Position numbers and translations under genes: made by a program | Notes under the pieces: generated by a model | Told to the model about the DNA's origin: nothing | Seen by the model: only the letters and a program-made list of their open reading frames with translations | Database searches by the model: none | Origin: the human T2T-CHM13v2.0 reference genome, Homo sapiens | Strand: one strand, 5' to 3' | Length of the DNA stretch: 64,000 nt | NCBI RefSeq assembly: GCF_009914755.1 | Contig: NC_060941.1 | Shown here: piece by piece, positions 59,879-64,000 of the stretch | Numbering within the stretch: the first letter of the stretch is position 1 | Layout of the letters: each line of letters opens with the position of its first letter

Positions 59879-62376
59879 TGTGTGTGTGTGTGGCAGGGGA
59901 GGGTACATAAGGTGTTTGTGTGTGTGTTGGGGGGAGGGTACATAAGGTGTGTGTGTGTTTGTGTTGGGGGGAGGGTACATAAGGTGTGTGTGTGTTGGGG
60001 GTACATAAGGTATGTGTGTGTTGGGGGTACATAAGGTGTGTGTGTGTGTGTGTGTGTGTTGGGTATATAAGGTGTGTGCGTGTGTGTGTGTTGGGTATAT
60101 AAGGTGTGTGAGTGTGTGTGTGTTGGGGGGTATATAAGGTGTGTGTGTGTGTGTGTGTTGGGGGTATATAAGGTGTGTGTGTGTGTTTGTGTGTGTTGGG
60201 GGTATATAAGGTGTGTGTGTGTGTGTGTTGGGGGTATATAAGGTGTGTGCGTGTGTGTGTGTTGGGTATATAAGGTGTGTGTGTGTGTGTGTTGGGGGGT
60301 ATATAAGGTGTGTGTGTGTGTGTGTTGGGGGGTATATAAGGTGTGTGTGTGTGTGTGTGTGTTGGGGGTATATAAGGTGTGTGTGTGTTTGTGTGTGTTG
60401 GGGGTATATAAGGTGTGTGTGTGTGTTTGTGTGTGTTGGGGGTATATAAGGTGTGTGTGTGTGTGTGTTGGGGGTATATAAGGTGTGTGTGTGTGTTTGT
60501 GTGTGTTGGGGGGTATATAAGGTGTGTGTGTGTGTGTGTTGGGGGGTATATAAGGTGTGTGTGTGTGTGTGTGTGTTGGGGGTATATAAGGGGTGTGTGT
60601 GTGTGTGTGTGTGTTGGGGGGTATATAAGGGGTGTGTGTGTGTGTGTGTGTGTGTTGGGGGGTATATAAGGTGTGTGTGTGTGTTTGTGTGTGTGTTGGG
60701 GGTATATAAGGTGTGTGTGTGTGTGTGTGTTGGGGGTATATAAGGTGTGTGTGTGTGTTTGTGTGTGTTGGGGGTATATAAGGTGTGTGTGTGTGTGTTG
60801 GGGGGTACATAAGGTGTGTGTGTGTGTTTGTGTGTGTTGGGGGTATATAAGGTGTGTGTGTGTGTGTGTGTTGGGGGTATATAAGGGGTGTGTGTGTGTG
60901 TGTGTGTGTTGGGGGGTATATAAGGGGTGTGTGTGTGTGTGTGTGTGTGTTGGGGGGTATATAAGGTGTGTGTGTGTGTTTGTGTGTGTTGGGGGTATAT
61001 AAGGTGTGTGTGTGTGTGTGTGTTGGGGGTATATAAGGTGTGTGTGTGTGTGTGTGTTGGGGGTATATAAGGTGTGTGTGTGTGTGTGTTGGGGGTATAT
61101 AAGGTGTGTGTGTGTTTGTGTGTGTTGGGGGTATATAAGGTGTGTGTTTGTGTGTGTTGGGGGTATATAAGGTGTGTGTTTGTGTGTGTTGGGGGTATAT
61201 AAGGTGTGTGTGTGTGTGTGTTGGGGGTATATAAGGTGTGTGTGTGTTTGTGTGTGTTGGGGGTATATAAGGTGTGTGTGTGTGTGTGTGTTGGGGGTAT
61301 ATAAGGTGTGTGTGTGTGTTTGTGTGTGTTGGGGGTATATAAGGTGTGTGTGTGTGTGTGTGTTGGGGGGTATATAAGGTGTGTGTGTGTGTTTGTGTGT
61401 GTTGGGGGTATATAAGGGGTGTGTGTGTGTGTGTGTGTTGGGGGTATATAAGGTGTGTGTGTGTGTTTGTGTGTGTTGGGGGTATATAAGGTGTGTGTGT
61501 GTGTTTGTGTGTGTTGGGGGTATATAAGGTGTGTGTGTGTGTGTGTGTTGGGGGTATATAAGGTGTGTGTGTGTGTGTGTGTTGGGGGTATATAAGGTGT
61601 GTGTGTGTGTGTGTTGGGGGTATATAAGGTGTGTGTGTGTGTGTGTGTTGGGGGTATATAAGGGGTGTGTGTGTGTGTGTGTGTTGGGGGTATATAAGGT
61701 GTGTGTGTGTGTTTGTGTGTGTTGGGGGTATATAAGGTGTGTGTGTGTGTTTGTGTGTGTTGGGGGTATATAAGGTGTGTGTGTGTGTTTGTGTGTGTTG
61801 GGGGTATATAAGGTGTGTGTGTGTGTGTGTGTGTGTTGGGGGTATATAAGGGGTGTGTGTGTGTGTGTGTGTTGGGGGGTATATAAGGTGTGTGTGTGTG
61901 TGTGTGTGTGTTGGGGGTATATAAGGTGTGTGTTTGTGTGTGTTGGGGGTATATAAGGTGTGTGTGTGTGTGTGTGTTGGGGGTATATAAGGGGTGTGTG
62001 TGTGTGTGTGTGTTGGGGGTATATAAGGTGTGTGTGTGTGTTTGTGTGTGTTGGGGGTATATAAGGTGTGTGTGTGTGTTTGTGTGTGTTGGGGGTATAT
62101 AAGGTGTGTGTGTGTGTGTGTGTTGGGGGGTATATAAGGTGTGTGTGTGTGTTTGTGTGTGTTGGGGGTATATAAGGGGTGTGTGTGTGTGTGTGTGTTG
62201 GGGGTATATAAGGTGTGTGTGTGTGTTTGTGTGTGTTGGGGGTATATAAGGTGTGTGTGTGTGTTTGTGTGTGTTGGGGGTATATAAGGTGTGTGTGTGT
62301 GTGTTGGGGGGTACATAAGGTGTGTGTGTGTTGGGGGGGTACCTAAGGTGTGGGGGGGAGGGCACATAAGGTGTGG
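59879..62376. repeat. ~2.5 kb compound VNTR in RFLNB intron 1: [(GT)n-TT-G(3-6)-TATATAAG]n, roughly 60-65 units of variable length
   Basis: Read directly; unit length varies with the (GT)n spacer; edge units carry TACATAAG. Confidence 0.97.
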
Positions 62377-62779
62377 GCATTGGCTTCTGCAAACAGCCTC
62401 CAAATAGTGACAGTAGGCCCTGCTCTGCCCCCACTCTCTGGCTGCCAGACCCTGCCCAACAGAAGGGGGCACCTCATGGGAAGGTGGGTGATCTCTGAAC
62501 CCCCTACCGCCTTCCTCCAGGCATCGGCAGGAGCACTCGGTTCTGTCGCCTTCTCTGCTTTTCCATCCCTGCCCACCCGACAGACCCTCCCTGAGCACGA
62601 CCCTCGCTCCAGGCTGGGGCTGGGGTGATGTGAGGCAGCGGAGGTCATAACAGACACATGAACGAAGGGCCACAGGAATGGGGATGTCGTCGTGGACTCT
62701 GGCCCCTGGGAAGCATCAAGGAAGGCCTCCCAGAGGAGGTGACATGAGCTGGGCATTGAGGGGCCAGCAGGACGCCTCC

Positions 62780-64000
62780 TGGGAGAGGTAAGAGGCCCTG
62801 GGCACGCGGGTGGAGGGCGGCAGCAGAAGCGCTGGTGTGGTGCATGTGTCCGGCCTGTGGCCAGGGCAGGTGGACGACGAGGCCAGATGGGGCCGGACGG
62901 GAGGGCGCTGAAGGCCAAGTTGAAGCCAGCCCCGCCTTGGGATGGCGATGAGGAAACTGCCCTGATGCCCACCGAGAGACAGGGTGGGAGGGGCGAGACC
63001 ACCAGCACCGCCGGGGCTCCCGTGGGGGTCCCCAGGAACCTCTCGTGGGGATCCCTAGGGACGGCAGCGGCCGCCTTCACCGGGGGGAGGAAGTCCCCAT
63101 GCCGGGGGGCAGGGCCGGGCTGCGGCCCCGCTCCAGCTTTTCTGAGACCGCGGGCAGGATGTGGCTTCCCCAGAGTTCTAAGTAAAGGCAGCAAACACCA
63201 ACATCCGAGCGAGTCCCAGGGCAAAAGATTCGGTGGAGTCTTTTCTTTAAATGAACATTTTAAAGTAAAGCAAGAGGATTACTCCGTGAAAGTTTCCACC
63301 CACCCAAAGGCCTCCCACCCGTCATGTGAGGGACACCGGGTTCCCGGTGTTCAGGCCAAGAGGGGGCCCCGGGAGGCCGCAGGCTGGGGAGGGACCTTTC
63401 TCCCAAGGTCGAGGAAGGCTCTGGGCCCTCTGCCCCGGGATGGGGGGCCCGGCTGGGAGGAGGCGCGCGGCCCCGTGGGAGCCCAAAGCCGCGGGGTGTC
63501 GGGCCGGGGTTCCCTCCAGGCGCCCCCCGCGCCCGGCAAAGGCAGGAATGTGGCCGACCCGCAGCCCGGCAGCCCCGGGACCGCCACCCCGAAGGGAGGA
63601 GACGGCGGCTCGCCGCTCCCGGGGCTCCCGCGCCTCCCAGGCGGTGACAATTTTCCAGCCACGCGCTCCAGCTGGCCAGGCTCGCGGCGCTCCCGCCCCG
63701 GGCTCCCGGCGATGGCCGCCCCGTCCCGACACAGCGCGCCCGGGGGGCAGGAGCCGCTGGGGGTCCCGGAGCGGAAACCGCGGCGCTGGGAGGGAAGGAG
63801 CCCGCGCGGGGCCACTCACCGGAGCCGCGGGGGTCGCCGCCGCCGCGTCGGGCTCCAGCGTCCCCGGTGCCGCCGCGCGCTCTCCGCCGCCTCCGCCCGC
63901 CGCGAGCCCCCAGTGGCTGGGGCTGGGGCTGGGGGGCAGCCCCGAGTCCGGGCTGTCCAGGACGCCGTCGCCCTTCTTCTTCGCGTCCACGAGCTCGGGC
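62780..64000. promoter_or_regulatory. CpG island over RFLNB exon 1/intron 1
   Basis: Very high GC and CpG density increasing toward the window end. Confidence 0.9.
63820..64000 (-). CDS. RFLNB: RFLNB coding exon 1, 5'-truncated by the window edge: ...PELVDAKKKGDGVLDSPDSGLPPSPSPSHW...TPAAP
   Basis: Frame of ORF 63322..63990 matches the refilin B N-terminus including the DSGLPPS motif. Donor CCG|GTGAGT (plus-strand ACTCAC at 63814-63819), phase 0. Confidence 0.93.

Noticed and set aside
60060-62290. Possible SRF CArG boxes in the RFLNB intronic VNTR
   Set aside because: The unit reads CCTTATATAC on the minus strand, which does not fit CC(A/T)6GG.
59839-62673. 944-aa and 854-aa His/Thr-rich ORFs
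   Set aside because: Translations of the (CA)n-rich VNTR strand, which lacks stop codons; lies within RFLNB intron 1.

Overview
Human (primate) genomic DNA. I recognise it as distal 17p13.3 from two convergent protein-coding genes. LIAT1 (C17orf97, ligand of ATE1) is on the + strand: 2 exons, CDS 22247-22550 + 25052-26019, 423 aa, including 17 copies of a 10-aa repeat. RFLNB (refilin B/FAM101B) is on the - strand: the 3' part of exon 1, exons 2-3 and a ~3.2 kb 3'UTR are present, and the start codon lies just beyond the window end. The rest is very repeat-dense: roughly 60 or more Alu/FLAM pieces plus L1, L2, MIR, Tigger2, MER20 and MST/MLT/LTR16 LTRs. Nearly all ORFs in the supplied track are Alu- or tandem-repeat artefacts. 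No prokaryote-type system (CRISPR, defence island) is present and I cannot demonstrate a new biological system. The most notable unexplained structures are: (1) a ~44-bp-periodic array of NRF1-type motifs forming the LIAT1 promoter; (2) a ~2.5 kb intronic VNTR in RFLNB in which almost every unit is a TATA box plus BREd match separated by (GT)n; (3) four minisatellites each amplified from inside a different ancient transposon, one with a clean two-state variant code; (4) an apparent multi-step templated insertion inside an Alu. Repeat family calls and boundaries are by eye and approximate.
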